DNA from: Pelomyxa schiedti
Taxonomy: Eukaryota; Protista; Evosea
Direction: 5' to 3'
Length of the DNA stretch: 64,000 bases
Assembly: GCA_020536535.1 (NCBI GenBank)
Contig: JAHLWZ010000291.1
Span: forward strand, 131,524 to 195,523
Below, in pieces: positions 44,301 to 57,600 of this stretch. The notes under the pieces were generated by a model. The model had not been told where the DNA came from. It made no database searches and was given only the letters and a program-made list of their open reading frames with translations. The position numbers were made by a program, and so were the translations under genes. Within the stretch, counting starts at the first letter, position 1. Each line of letters begins with the position of its first letter.

Positions 44301-46450
44301 ATCACAAAAATCGAGAAGTTTGGAGGGAAGACCAGTGCACTCGATAAATATTATGTTGATCTCACCTGCAAAGACTTCAGGACTGTGAAGTTCGGTTTTC
44401 CTAAGAACTCAAATTCCAGAAAGATGGTTGTCAAGAAACTTGTGTGTATCTATTCATGTTTAACCAATTTATTGACTTTCGGAAGAATGACTTATGCTTT
44501 GTGCATCCGAAAATTGAAAAACTATTTTCCTTCTCCTACAGACCACCTTATGAAAACTTAGGGTGGTCAATCTACGATGTTGAGAAAGAATATGAACGCC
44601 AGGGATTAAGCTTCAAGGTGGGAGTAAAGTTTTTAGATCCCAAATTACCAGTAACACAATTCAAACAATTCAGTCCGGCTGGAAGTATTGGACACAGAAT
44701 AAAACGTTCTCTGTTTGTTCGACATATCCACCAGTTCTGGTGGTACCTGAAGCAGCTAGTGATGAGATGATCCAAGCTGTTTCTGGATTTAGGAGCAGGC
44801 AACGTCTTCCTGTTTTGAGGTAGGAAGGGCCTTTTTGTTTGAAATCTAGTTCTCACGTCATCATAGCTGGCGGAACCCAAATAATGGTGTGAGCATTTCG
44901 CGCAGTAGCCAGCCATGTGTGGGGCTTACAGGAAACAGAAGTACAGCTGATGAAGAGTATCTCCGTTTGATACAGAAGACAAATCTTGTGAATCCAGCGT
45001 TCTTGTATATTTTGGTATACAATAAATTATAAAATTAATGCCCAGTCATGCACATTTTCTTACCGAAGTAGGATTCACGACCCAAAGCAAATGCAATTGC
45101 CAACAGAGCACGTGGAGGCGGCTACGAAGATACCGGTCCTTTGACTGGGTACCCGACATGCAAACTTGAATTCGAAGACATGTAAGAATTAGAGATTTTA
45201 TCTCTCCTTACGAATCCCAGTGCAAATATCCATGTTGTACGAGAAAATTATTTGAAGTTACGGGATTTATGTTCTCCTGCAACCGTTGAAGATGGATTGT
45301 GGTTCTCACTTCTAGATCAAACACACTGGCTGGATTTACTTAAAGTTCATTTTCTTTTTTCGTAAGCTTGCAATCACCATACTGTGTAGGTACTTCTCAC
45401 AAGTGTCACTAAAACAGTCAAGTTGGTCGATAAGATGCATGTGTCAGTTCTCGTTCATTGCAGTGATGGTACCGCACCTCTTTTTTCTGATTTTTTTGTC
45501 ATCAAAACACTAATCTCCCCCTTACTTAACAACACAGGGTACATTAGATTTCTTTCTCCCCTCCCCTTCCATCTAACCTATTGTGCTAAAAAGTTGGGAC
45601 CGCACTGCCCAGTGCACTTCTCTAGCCCTTTTGTGCCTCGATCCTTACTACAGAACTCTCACAGGATTCGAAGTCTTGATTGAAAAGGAGTGGCTCTCGT
45701 TTGGGCACAAATTCCATACCCGTTATGGTAACCCCCAAACCGCAAAGTTTCATCTTCAGTAAAAAAGAGCAATTTCCCTAGCTCATGGAGACCCCAAGCC
45801 CTCGGAACAACGGTCGCCGATATTCCCACAATTCGTTGAATGTGTCTACCAACTCCTGTGCCAGTTCCCAATGAGCTTCCAGTTCAACGAACAGATGTTA
45901 CTTGCAATCATGGACCATCTGTACTCGTGCCAATTTGGTTTGTTTGAAAACTCCCCCGTTATTGACGCATCCCACAATTCCTAACCACCACACACCAAAG
46001 GAACCTTCCTATGCGACTCGGCAAAGCAACGTGCACATGCGTCGCTCACTACAAAGACCGTCAGCCTCTGGTCTTACATCAATTACCAGCCGGACCGCTA
46101 CGTAAATCCGTTCTTTGTTCCAGATGACACAGTGCTTTACCCGGACCCGTCGATCAAGACACTCAAATTATGGGAGTCATATCACCTGAGATGGTACTAC
46201 AAACTTGAAACAGATTCACCGGTTTCTATGAACCGGGAGAAGCGGTCATGTGATGTAATGGCAATGGAATGGAAATCAAAGTGTGAAGCTCTCCAAAGAG
46301 AGGTTTGTTTCTTTTTTTACCCTCATTCTAAACTGTACTAACGGTGCACGTTTCAAACCCCACCAACAACTTTCTTGGTTCACAAAATAGATTTTGGAAA
46401 TGAAGAGTGCTGCGAAAAGGAAAACCACGGCGTCATCTTCCAAGTCATGA
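41395..46450 (+). CDS. Myotubularin-related phosphoinositide 3-phosphatase with a long N-terminal extension, multi-exon
   Basis: PH-GRAM ([13 protein letters not shown]), [27 protein letters not shown], catalytic VLVHCSDG|[24 protein letters not shown]. Confidence 0.9.
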
Positions 46451-46731
46451 ACAAACAAAAAAGAGAACACGGAGGAACAACCTTTGTAAATTACCCACTT
46501 CCAACCACTTGATGAGAACCCCAACCCCAAAAAGAATTCTTTTTGGCATTGCGCCAAGACTGATGTCAAGATGTCAATCCGTTCTCTGTCTTTTTTTGAA
46601 CTGATCGTTTTGTGAACATCAAAAAATTTCGCAGCCAACGGTTGAAGCCATCAAAATCAACAAAATTAAAAAAAACCTGCAACCCTTATCACCCAGAGCC
46701 TAGTGCAGCGACGTTATTGTCCATATCAACG

Positions 46732-49003
46732 ATGACGAGGTGGCCGATTTTGTTGTTGGTTGCTATTGTGGGAGTGAGACTGGCAGATTGCATTGCTTGC
46801 AACGAGGCCATTCAGATTCCCAGTTTCCCTTTCGGTTTCGAGGTAAAATTGCGTGTCCTTGCTTTTCTCCTTCATTTAGGCATTTGTGTGGGAACTTTCT
46901 GGTTAATAATGCTATTCCAGGGTGAATTACAGGCTGACACTAGCACTGTGGGACCTGGATGTGCTTGGAACGCTCCCACAGGTTACGAAGTCTGTATGGA
47001 ACTTGGGTTGTTTTCTCACAATTTCTTAGATTCCATGTGGTTTACCTTTCAAGGTGCTGATGAGTGGGTCATCTTCGAAGTTTTCAATGCTACGTTCAAC
47101 GTTGGTGTAGAGGTGAGCTTCAGTATTGCTCTTTGCTACTCTAACTTAGTTTTACAGATAGATTATGGCACGTGCTCGACTCTGACGTGCTCTGTTTGGC
47201 CTGATGACACTCCTCTTCCATACTTCCCTTTCTGGTCTGTGGCAGGAGTAACATATTACGTCATTGTCTATAATCCGGATGACACATACACCAGAGATAC
47301 AAGGCAATTCTTCTCTCTTGGAGTATACTTGTACGCCGACCAAAGCGCTTCATCAATCTATTTAGGAGGTAATTAGGTGGTAAAGGTTGCTTTGTTGTTA
47401 ATGCATTCCAGAGTGTGGAAATTGGTTAGTAGAACCAGGGGAGGAGTGTGATTCCGGTGAGGGCTGTGATGAAACTACGTGCCAATGCCAGGATGGGTAC
47501 TTTCCCACAAGACCTCCTTCTTACCAATGTGTCACACAAGGTAAGAGATCGCTAATTATCTAATGTGCAAAGTGTAAATGGTCTCCTTTAGACCTCTCTT
47601 GTTTCACATCAGGATCAATCGTTATGGGATCCTGGCTTCCATTTTTCTGGTACGCTCACACAAGTTCTTTTTCTTCTACGGAATCTTATTGTACAAATAC
47701 ACCGCTGTCCGGTATTTCTTACTGTGGTACATTTTATAAGTTGTTTTACCCTCATCAGGCACCTGGTTCTGGTATAACCAGTACATAGAAGATGGAACTA
47801 CTACAGAAACTCAGATAATTTTTTCAACCTGTAGTTATTACACAGAAGTAGACACCGTCCTGGAGGTAAACACTGCAGCCTATTTGTTTTATTAAAGGAA
47901 TACAGGTCTATACCGGCAGCTGTGCAACCGGATTCTCTTGTGTTGCTGTGGATGACGACACCACTGACACCAGCTGTCCTATAGGCTCCTCGAAGATTGA
48001 ATTGACGATAGACCCCTACAGTGACTATTGGATCCTTGTTTATGTAAATGAAGGTTCAGAGGGATGGTATGATTTCTCCATTGATACGCCATATTATGGA
48101 GGTAGTTGCGCTTTTCGTGTTTGAAAATCATTTTAATGAATTTCAGTTTGCCCAACTTCATATGTACAGCCTACTCTTGGTGAAGCTATTCCAGAGACTT
48201 TGACCTGGAACGATTGGCAAGATACATATGGTTGCTGGGACTACTTCAACAGCGGTATTGCTTCTATACACTCAACCCCTCTAACAAATCACAGGGAAGT
48301 GGTACTCCCTGGCTGATTATGAACCTGGCACATATGTTGTGTCTGCGTGCAGTTCCTCTTGCTCTGGGGATCTTCAAGTGTGGGTATGCATTTCCATTGC
48401 GTAGTTGTATCCCCCGATGTTCACCTAAAACAGCTCCTATCCGGCATGTGCATTCCAGATTACTGGTCCACTCCGGGCTGTGCATATCACACCTCCGATG
48501 ACCTGCAAGGTATGTGCGAAGACGGAGCAAGCTTCCAGTTTTTAGTGTACCCTGATGCGGACGCCTGGATCCTTGTTTCTATGTAAAGCTATTCAACTGT
48601 TCCGAGAGACCTTAACAAATTCAGGGATGATCCCCCATGCGAGTACACACTTACTGTCTCTCCCGTTTCTCAGCCTAACCAGCCATCGGGAAATGGAACT
48701 GCGGTCGCAATGGGAATATTATTCGCCCTGTCCACAATCGGACTTTTGCTTGCCATAGCAGGCTTTGTAGTCTATATTAGATTATCACCGAATCAGAAGC
48801 AGGCATTGTAAGTTCCACAAAAGAAACACTCGATTACTTACCAAACAACACAGGAGCCTTCGCCTGCACGGCACCCCAGTGATTGGTGGATTCTTCCCTC
48901 CAGGAACAGCAATACCTGGAGGTACATCATGTGTACCTGAGGCCACTCTCACAGACGCAACAAAGTATGTAACAGAAAGTTTCAATCTTCCAAACCACAG
49001 CTA
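46732..49003 (+). CDS. Cys-rich type I membrane/surface protein with a DUF4215-like CGN..GEECD repeat, multi-exon; 3' end approximate
   Basis: Signal peptide MTRWPILLLVAIVGVRLADC; ECGNWLVEPGEECDSGEGCDETTCQC; TM AVAMGILFALSTIGLLLAIAGFVVYI at ~48700-48780. Confidence 0.6.
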
Positions 49004-49270
49004 ATAATGGCTTCAGTCAAAGTTGATACCGAGTATGGCGTTTCCCTCTGGGGAAAAAAAAGCCCCTCAGGGAATTAAAACTCTGATATCATTTATGTCA
49101 CCACTTCCCTTCTACCATGTAGAATGGAGAAAAGGGTGTTTAAAATATCAAATGATCTTAGAATCATCACCAAGCCTCGCTTTTTTTTTTTTCTTGCTCC
49201 TCCATTACATAACCAGTCAGTGGTACCATCAATTATGGGAAGTTCTTTCCCAAACAGCTTGCTTCGCTTG

Positions 49271-50638
49271 TTACGAAACAGTAGAAACATAGTACTTGCA
49301 TTTGTTGGTTATTGTGAATATCACTGTTCCAGACGCGGCATCAATTACCTTAATCAGGTTTGGGTCAGAATACTCACCAGGCTCCTCCACCAGCAGACCC
49401 TTTCCCACAGCTGATGTTCCATGTCGGGCCACCGCGTGTTTATAGAGCAGCTTCCCCGGGTCCTTAAGGCTGTACACCTCCCACACTTTCGGATAGCAGT
49501 CGCGCTTCAGTACGTAAAGCGGCCCACCAATATGCTGCAGGAAGGCGTCTATTCCAAGATCGGTCTGCTTGCCAGTGGTGAGACACACCAGTGTTCTATC
49601 CTTCAGTGTTGCGTAGGCCTTTCCTTCCCAGAACATTTGGCGCCACATGTGTTTGATGATCGGGAGGGTGCTTTCTCTCGCCACCATCTTCCTCTGTGCC
49701 AGGGTGGCCGGCATGTCGACTGTCAGCATGAGGCCGTCCACGTGACCCGACCTGAGAAGCATAGAATCGCACTCTAGAGTAGAACTCTCACCAATGGCCA
49801 TGCTAATATCGCCACCCGGCAAAGCTATCCCGCCGACCTTGGCTATCCCACAAGCGCCATCACCTCCGGCAACAGAAGCAGCCATCTCGGCCTCAATGCG
49901 ATCAAAGTTCCACAGAGTCATGCCGAATTCCTGCGAATCTTCCGGCACCGCGGCGGCCCACCTCCTGCTGCAACACCAAGGCGTGGCCAGTCCCAGGCGC
50001 TCCGCCAGTTTGACAACAGCCTTGGTTCTGATGTCCATTACGCAGAGACTGAAGGAATCATCGACGGGCCGGGTCGTCGCGAGTGCAAACCTGTCGGGCC
50101 TAGGCCCGACCCATTCCATGAATAGAAGGCCGCCAAAGTCGACGGCGACGGGGAGACTCACGAGGCCCAGGGTCGGTGAAATCGAGAACATCAAGTTCAC
50201 CTCGCTGCAGCAGCTCTTCTTGCATAGGCCATCGAAACCCCCAAGAGAGAGCTCTTCTCCCTCGCCGTCGTCCACGTCGTCGGCGTAGGGGGAGTCGTAC
50301 GCTCTGGACTCGAGTGACACGACGTGGTTATGGGACGGAAACACGATCCACTCGCGGCCCATGTGGGACAGAAGCTGGGGCGTGAGGGACCTGACGTGGG
50401 AAGAGCCTCCGCACCGTCCCACAATTACCCCTGCGCCCAGGGAAACAAACTGGCTCCGGGCGTCCGTGCGCACAGCGGCCACGTCGAACGAAGCCGGGCC
50501 CGCACCCCCCGGCGTTGGGCCAAAAAGACTGTAACGAGGATCGAGGAATTCAAAGTCAGAGTCTGGCCCGGCGTCGATGGGGAATGTGTCGTTGTTGACG
50601 TTCGTGTCTTTTGTGCTTCCTGTGGTAGGACAGTTCAT
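49271..50638 (-). CDS. Intronless 455-aa hypothetical protein (lineage-specific; possibly beta-rich C-terminal part)
   Basis: Single uninterrupted GC-rich ORF with ATG and stop, flanked by AT-rich DNA; no domain recognised. Confidence 0.7.
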   Translation of the reverse strand: MNCPTTGSTKDTNVNNDTFPIDAGPDSDFEFLDPRYSLFGPTPGGAGPASFDVAAVRTDARSQFVSLGAGVIVGRCGGSSHVRSLTPQLLSHMGREWIVFPSHNHVVSLESRAYDSPYADDVDDGEGEELSLGGFDGLCKKSCCSEVNLMFSISPTLGLVSLPVAVDFGGLLFMEWVGPRPDRFALATTRPVDDSFSLCVMDIRTKAVVKLAERLGLATPWCCSRRWAAAVPEDSQEFGMTLWNFDRIEAEMAASVAGGDGACGIAKVGGIALPGGDISMAIGESSTLECDSMLLRSGHVDGLMLTVDMPATLAQRKMVARESTLPIIKHMWRQMFWEGKAYATLKDRTLVCLTTGKQTDLGIDAFLQHIGGPLYVLKRDCYPKVWEVYSLKDPGKLLYKHAVARHGTSAVGKGLLVEEPGEYSDPNLIKVIDAASGTVIFTITNKCKYYVSTVS

Positions 50639-50830
50639 TTACTGTACGTCCGATTTAATTTCGTGTTTTTTTTATTTCTCCGTTTTTCTAACTGGGAATT
50701 CCAAGTGGTGTCATTGGAGGGAGGAGGGCCAAATGACGCTGTGAGTTCTTTTTTTTATTTTAGTATTTTTTTTCTTTAACCCTGGGCTGTTATGTCCCAT
50801 GTGCCTAGAATTAGAGTAATTCCTAATAGG

Positions 50831-53053
50831 ATGATTGGTTGGACAAAAACCTGCGCAGGTTGACGGCACTTGTATTCTTGTCCACTGTCACTTTCACTTT
50901 GGCTCTGTGTATTTCTGTGTGGCACAAGTCTTCTGTGAAATCCATTTTATGGACACTGTTTTGCTTGTCCCTGCTGGTGGTTGTTACAAATCATGGTTCC
51001 ACTGTTCAGGTAAGACTGCCGAAACGGAATATCTTCAGTATAATGAAGCATCTTCACATAGCAACACGGTGCCTATAACCTTCTGGGGTTCTTTTTCTTT
51101 TTCCTTCCAGAGATTTTTATTGTTTCTGTGATGCGATGCTCATTTTCCTTCTTCCGTACTCGTGTATTTCTAAGGTTATTTCCCTTGAAAGAGAAAACGG
51201 TAACAACTGTAGATACAAACGTGTTCTGCTTGCTGTGGGAGTTGTTTTACTCCTTTTTTTTTCTTATATCCTTCTGTCAAGTAGCTCCAACTGGGGTGAT
51301 GGGTTGTTTGCCAGGAAAATGGAACCTAGTTACAAGGTTGCCTTTCAGTTTGTTTTTCCTTATTGATTTGAAATTCATGAAGGCCTGCCCCATTTCCTAC
51401 CCAGTTATTTCTTGGTGTGTATATGGGCCGCAACTGACACACTGACCTGTCCCACAGGGATCAAATTTACGAGGTTTCAGCACCTGTCTCATTTTTTTGT
51501 GAGTCACACAGTTTTGACTTCAGAGTACCATTGGCAAAGCTTACTCTTACTGGGCTTGGAGGAGATGCCCTGCAGTTCCACAATTCTCCACTCCGAGTTC
51601 AAACAACACTGTGACTATTGATTGCCCTGCTGATCGCTCTGCATCATACACAGTTCTACCTCTTCTTGAAGGAAGGCTGGGAAGATTCATGGGGATTTAT
51701 GTTCAAGAGAGGACTGTAGTCAACAAATACAATGGTCCTTTCCCCCTAGAAACAGATGCTGCTATTGCAACTTGTGGGGCTGATCACAATGTGCATATCA
51801 CCTGCAACCGAAATCCCGATGTGATTGAGAGGCTGACTTCTCCAAAGAATGGACACCAACACTCCCCATCACCCCTTGCGGGAGCAGTTCCAAATATCAT
51901 ATTCGTCTTTGTTGATGCTGTCTCCAGAAGTGCGTGGCACCGCAAGTTCTCATCCACACTGGCTTTTTTGGAAGGACTAAAAAACAGCCCCAATGCAGAG
52001 GTGTTCCAGTTCTTGCGATTTCACTCCATTGCACATAAAACCAGGGACAACAGCAGAGCAATGTTCACAGGAAATATTGAAGACCCTTTCGCCACTATTT
52101 GGGAGTTGATTGATGACAAATACGTAACAGGCATTGTTGACAACACTTGTCACGAGTGGTCGGCAAAGTACATATTCTTCGTCTTCCTCCTCCCACAAAA
52201 TCAGATGGAATTGATTTCTTATGTATCCGCAGTTATCTCTTTGGTCGCTCTTCAATTGCTGACCACAGGCTGAATTCGCTGTGGTGCACACCCGAGTACA
52301 ATGGAAATGGAAGAATGGAAAGCTACAATCTCCTCCGGGGGCCGTGGAGTGCACAGAGAAGGTGCATTGCCGGGCAACTTGTTCACGATTTGGCATTCAA
52401 GTACGCCAATCTCTTCCTTGATGCTTACAAAGACCAGCAGAAGTTCTTACTTCTCAAGGTGGTTTTACTGCCCCATCCGGCTTTTTAACAACATCAGTTC
52501 ACAGAGGGCCATGAACCAACCGGAATGATTGTGGGGATGCTCGACGACCCTCTTGCGACGTTCCTCTCCACGCTCGATTTCAACACCACCGCTTTGATCA
52601 TGGTGTCTGACCATGGGCTTCACATGGGCCCCCTTTTCAGCTTTGGATTGACCTCCCAACTCGAGAGCCTTCTCCCTGGTTGGTTTATGGTGCTGCCCAA
52701 ATGGTGGCTTGGCGGCACCAGGTCACAAATTCTAATGTGTGTTTGTTCACTTATTTTACACAATGACTCTAATGGCAAAAACACAGGGAAAACGAGCAAG
52801 CACTGGTTTCTCCTTATAGTGTGCATCATTTTCCTTTCCCACCGTATTCCATCCTCTAAACATTCAAGACATATTCGCCACTGTGTTGGAAATTGCCGGA
52901 TTTGACATTCCTACTAAGGTCAGCACAAGGTCTCACTTTGCCCAGAGCGTTGCATCACACAACCTAGTAGCCAATTCGTGCCTGTCTGCTGGTATCCCTC
53001 AACACCTTTGTCTGTGTGAGGTTCACCCCAGCACTAACCTTGTGCCTCTGTGA
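50831..53053 (+). CDS. DUF229-like protein of the alkaline phosphatase/sulfatase superfamily with N-terminal TM helices, multi-exon; start approximate
   Basis: PNIIFVFVDAVSR, FQFLRFHSI, TALIMVSDHG and C-terminal CLSAGIPQHLCLC are DUF229-type motifs; hydrophobic N-terminal exons. Confidence 0.65.
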
Positions 53054-53086
53054 TAACTCGTGAAATTTCAAAAAAAAATAAAGTTT

Positions 53087-56000
53087 TCACAACAAGGAAG
53101 AGACACTGTGGAATTGGAGCGTGACAGTTACGTACTTGGGTGGGGTGGGAGGCGGGGCGGCAGGGGGTTGGTCAGGAGACACGAGTACGAAGTTGCAACC
53201 TATTGTGTTCGCAAAGTTGGTTTGGTGACTGCTTTTGGGTGTTTACCTGGCGGTGTGAGGAGCTCCGCTTCTGTCAATCCAAACCAAGAAAAGCCAGTGA
53301 TGTCATACGCAAGAGGTGAACGAACTTCCAGCAGCAACCCCCTCTGTCCTTGCATTGCAGTAAACGCCACCGCCACAGCCCTGTTCCTTGAAATGCTTGA
53401 GAATCCGTACCAGCATATATTGGTTGAGCGGCTTTGTGATAAGTAGGTCTCCCACGATTCCGGCAGCGTTCCAAACCCGCGGTAGGCTACTACGTCAGTC
53501 ACAGGCTTGAGCTTCGCGAGTGCGGTGAGGAGCAGCTTTGTGTATGGCTTCCATGGAGCCAATGATGCATTCGTTCTGTGTGGATCCCTCAGTGCCCAGT
53601 TCAGTGCTGCAAATACTTTGGGCTTATTTTTCGTGTAAAGAACAATAGCTGCAGCTTCTTCTGTTGTCATTGGCTCACCAACAAAGGAACCATTTCCAGA
53701 TGCCCTCGTGACCAGACCCTCCTCTATGACCTTGGTCCTGCAAAGAGCCACGGCATCAGCGAGGTACTCTGCTGTGCACCCAACTTCAGAGTGCAAACCG
53801 AGCAATGCAGCGCCGAGGGAAACTGTGGGCACACCCTGCAGAAGGTTCACAAGTGGCGGAAGAACGATGGCGTCACTCAGACCGGCATCAATCATGATGG
53901 TGGCAAGCGGTGGGGCCTGAAGCTGCTCACTTATCTCCGGACTGCAAACGATAAAAACGGAGCCATCACCGCCGTCCTTCACAATGCCAAAAGATGGGTC
54001 CGTATCAATGCGACTCATGCAAAGTTGTGTCAGGATGCTTTTAAGCACTGATTGCGATTCGTCAGTTCTTTTGAACCTGCCATTCGGGGAAAAAAAAATG
54101 GGTGAAGCAAGTACGCTTAGCCAGAGAGTTAAAAAAAAACACACTTGTTGAGCTTCTTTGCGTGAACATGGACGCCCCTCCACACTGCGTCAAATGTTTC
54201 CCCATAAAAATCATAGTAAACATGCGCCTTCAACTCTGGGATTCCATAAACAAACCCATTCGCACTGGCCAACCCAAGAAGTTTGCTTGACACAGCTAGT
54301 GTCAGAGAATCCCTGCTTGTGGGTTGCGTTGGATTCCACCTTTTGAGTATGGCGGAAAGTTGGCCCGTTTTTGCTGTCACAAGAATGCTGGCATTATCAA
54401 TGAGCTTTCTGGAAAGTTCCTTTCCCACCCTGTTGCCTTCCTTCACGGGGTCAATGCACCTGAGGCACTCTTTGGAGTGTGACTCCTTCCATTCCGTGTC
54501 ATACGTGCATACAGCTTCTCTGATCGCATTGGCAGCAGGGAGTATTAAAAAACCAACATAGAGCGTAAGGGGTATCACAATCTGCCATATTGGGAATCTT
54601 GATTCATCACATGATATGCAGTCGACAAGGTTGTTGTTGATCAGACGAAGGTGCCTCGACAGTGGTTTGAAGAAATTGGAAACAAACTGTCTCCACATCG
54701 GCTTCAGAGCGGCCCACAGATATCGGTTGAATGTAAACTCTGTGCTCCTTTCAACAGCCTGAGGCCAACTGAGCAGAATGCCCTTGCTTTGGCTTGCTTC
54801 GAAGACAGCTTCCTTGGCAATGACATCTATTTTGACCAAAGTGTCTCTCGCTGCCTGCTGCACCAAATTCGAGCATTGGGATATGATACCATTTTCCCCT
54901 CTTTTCAGCTGCTGGACAAAACATTTGCACGTCGCGATTCCGTGTTGAAGTTCTCCAAAAGAGATCATTGTGTCAGCATACGTTCCACATGGACCGCATA
55001 TCCCCTCACAGCATCTCAAAATCGTGGTGTCCAGTGTCCGTCCAATAAGTGCTTGCAATCTTCTTTCAAAAATTTGGGACAGCTCTGCGTACTTTGGTTG
55101 GTTTGTGACTTCTTTCCCGCAACGTATTCTGAGAAAACGAAGGGCAGAGAGTTCAGCCCAATAAGGGGAGGTTGTCCTGACAGGGTAGTGTAGCAGAATG
55201 TCTGGGGCAAGAGCTTTCAGTTCAGAATAAAACGCATCAAGCACCATGTCAGGAGGTTCTTGGTTAACCTCCACTTCCTCTTCAAAAAGGGTGTCCACCT
55301 TATTCCCAACGAAAAGAATGGGCACAGACTTTTGAATCCCAGTCTTGAGCAGCGTCTTGATGGCATCAACGTCTTCCCCTTTGACCGCCCCAGAGTTGAT
55401 ATCAAGAATGTAAATTGCACCAACAACGGTTTTCAAGGCGTTCATTATCACCGCATCCAACTCCTTGTTCTCACCAAGGCCTGGAAGGTCAATGAAATCA
55501 AATCCTGAAACCGGAAGCTTGGTTTGTGCTGCATCTTCTTTGCCAATGGCATTCGTTTCTCTCTTTGCAACATGGGGGAGGTACACCTCCACAACCGAAG
55601 ACGCCCCACTTACCCTTTGGTCCGCACTCAATGCCACGGCCTTATGTGGCAGCTCTCCGGTGAATTGGATCGGACCCTCGGTGACTGTTCCATCAGGGTT
55701 TTTGATGGTGTACTCCCTCGTATCTCCTGCCTTGATCACGGTCACACGACTTGTGCACTTTAGCTTCCGCGAAGGTAGCACAATATCTCCCAGTATTGCA
55801 TTGCAGAGCGTGCTTTTCCCAGCCTTCATGTCACCCAGAACTGGACTGGCAATTAGAGGTTCCAGAATCTTTTCACTTGATGTAACATACTGGCAATGGC
55901 AGCTGCTGGCCAAGGATACTCAGCAGGTTCACTACTCTTTTCTTGTGTGTGAGTCGTTGGAAAGAAAAAATAAAAGAGGTACATTGCATAGAACACGTGT

Positions 56001-56746
56001 GGCAGAGTGTATTTTTGTCAGTTCGGCTTTGGTCTGTGCAAAGCTTTTAATCGTTGTTTCTAGGGACCCCTTCTTCTCTGGTGCTTCGTCTTCATATGGC
56101 ATCACTGTCTGCCTTCTTTCCGCTCCTAAATCTGCTGCTGTTGCCACCCTTGGATCGAAGACTTCCTTTTTTAGTTCCTTGAACCTCCTGAGCCACTGTG
56201 AGGTCTCTTGCTCAGACGTTGATTGGAAGTCCCAGATAGCTTTTAAGAATGAGTCCAAGATGAAAAATTACATGACCCTGGCAGACCAGTTTTTGTTGTG
56301 AGGTAAAACCCATCGAGTTTGTAGGTGGTGAAGTCCGCAGCCAATCCAACAGAGATCATTTCCTCCACGGGTATTTCTCCCTAAAATATGTCACTGCATT
56401 CTTTCTTTGTTTTTTTTAAGAAGGAGATAGGGATACGAATCGCCAATGGAGTGCAACGTCGCTCAACGTTGTAAATAAACGCATTCTGCCAGTTGCTGCC
56501 AGGTACCCTTAAGTATTGTGAACATCACATAGTGCAAACGATAAAACAACCAGAGAAAAAGAATGTTCTGTTGCAGGCAGTATTGCTTGTTGCAGAAGTG
56601 GCAGTGCCAATTTCCTCTGGAACATCTCTCTCCGTTTCAATAGAACCTCCCCTCTCGACTACCACATTGGAAGTGGTAGTGGTGCCTTGTTCAAACACTC
56701 CCGACAAATTAGTTTTATCAGGTATAACGACTTGTCGCATCTTCAT
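53087..56746 (-). CDS. PH-like + dynamin-like GTPase + kinase N-lobe remnant + NAD:arginine ADP-ribosyltransferase fusion protein (paralogue A), about 8 exons; start approximate
   Basis: G1 GDMKAGKST, G2 CTSRVT, G3 DLPG, G4 NKVD; intron 54077-54144 joins this in frame to an ART exon with EAAAIVLYT, LNWALR, AYRG, GFSSIS, EAELLTPPG; N-terminal exons give STSEQETSQWLRRF. Confidence 0.8.
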
Positions 56747-57600
56747 TCTCTTTCAGATAATGGTATATATATAAAAAAGGTTCCAACCACTCCTTTCCAC
56801 AAAAAGCCTCTCTCTGGGTGGTAAATGGCAAACTGAAGCATATATGTGTCATGATACAAAATGTGTTGGCCAGAAAAATAGTTTCCACGCCTGCAAGAAA
56901 ATAAGTAGTGCAGGAAGTACACGTTAAACTTCACGTGTGTTTAGATAGCGGGTATAGCCTCCATAGTGGTTTCCCATCATGTACTTGGAGGAAAGCCGAC
57001 GTAACATGGTGAGTAGTAGTTAGGTGGACAACCAAAGCCAATACGATTTCACCCGCAGCAAGTGTGGATGTTGTGGCGTCGAATTCGAATGTAACCGCCT
57101 GTGCCATCGGTTGTTGTACAAAAATCGAACTTTCGTGTGGTTAGTGTGTTGTTGGAAGTTCCTTAGCGCTCTACCACTTCGCCCAGCAACGTCTAAAACC
57201 AAAAACGACCTTCGAAACCAACTTTTCCAATACCTACTTGGTTGTATGGTTTTCCAAACTAAAAACTTGTATCGGGAAGCCACCTTTTTTCCAAAAGTCA
57301 AGTTGTGATGGCGGCGGTGACGTTTGAATTCAACGGTATAACACACGCACCGTGTGAAGGTGAAACTGTTCTGGTTTTAGTTCGGTTGCCAGTGTCTTGG
57401 TCTGTCTGGAAACAGATACTCTGGCGTCGGCGGCATCCAGCACGTTGTAGGCTGTACTCGCTGCCTCAATACGATAGGTGCTTTACATATAACCTCTTCT
57501 TTTTGTTGTAACCCAAACAGAGAGCACAATTGCTTTTCTGGCCGACATTCTCTGTTTCCTGACACATACTGGGTTCAGTTTGCGATTTATCACCGAGACA

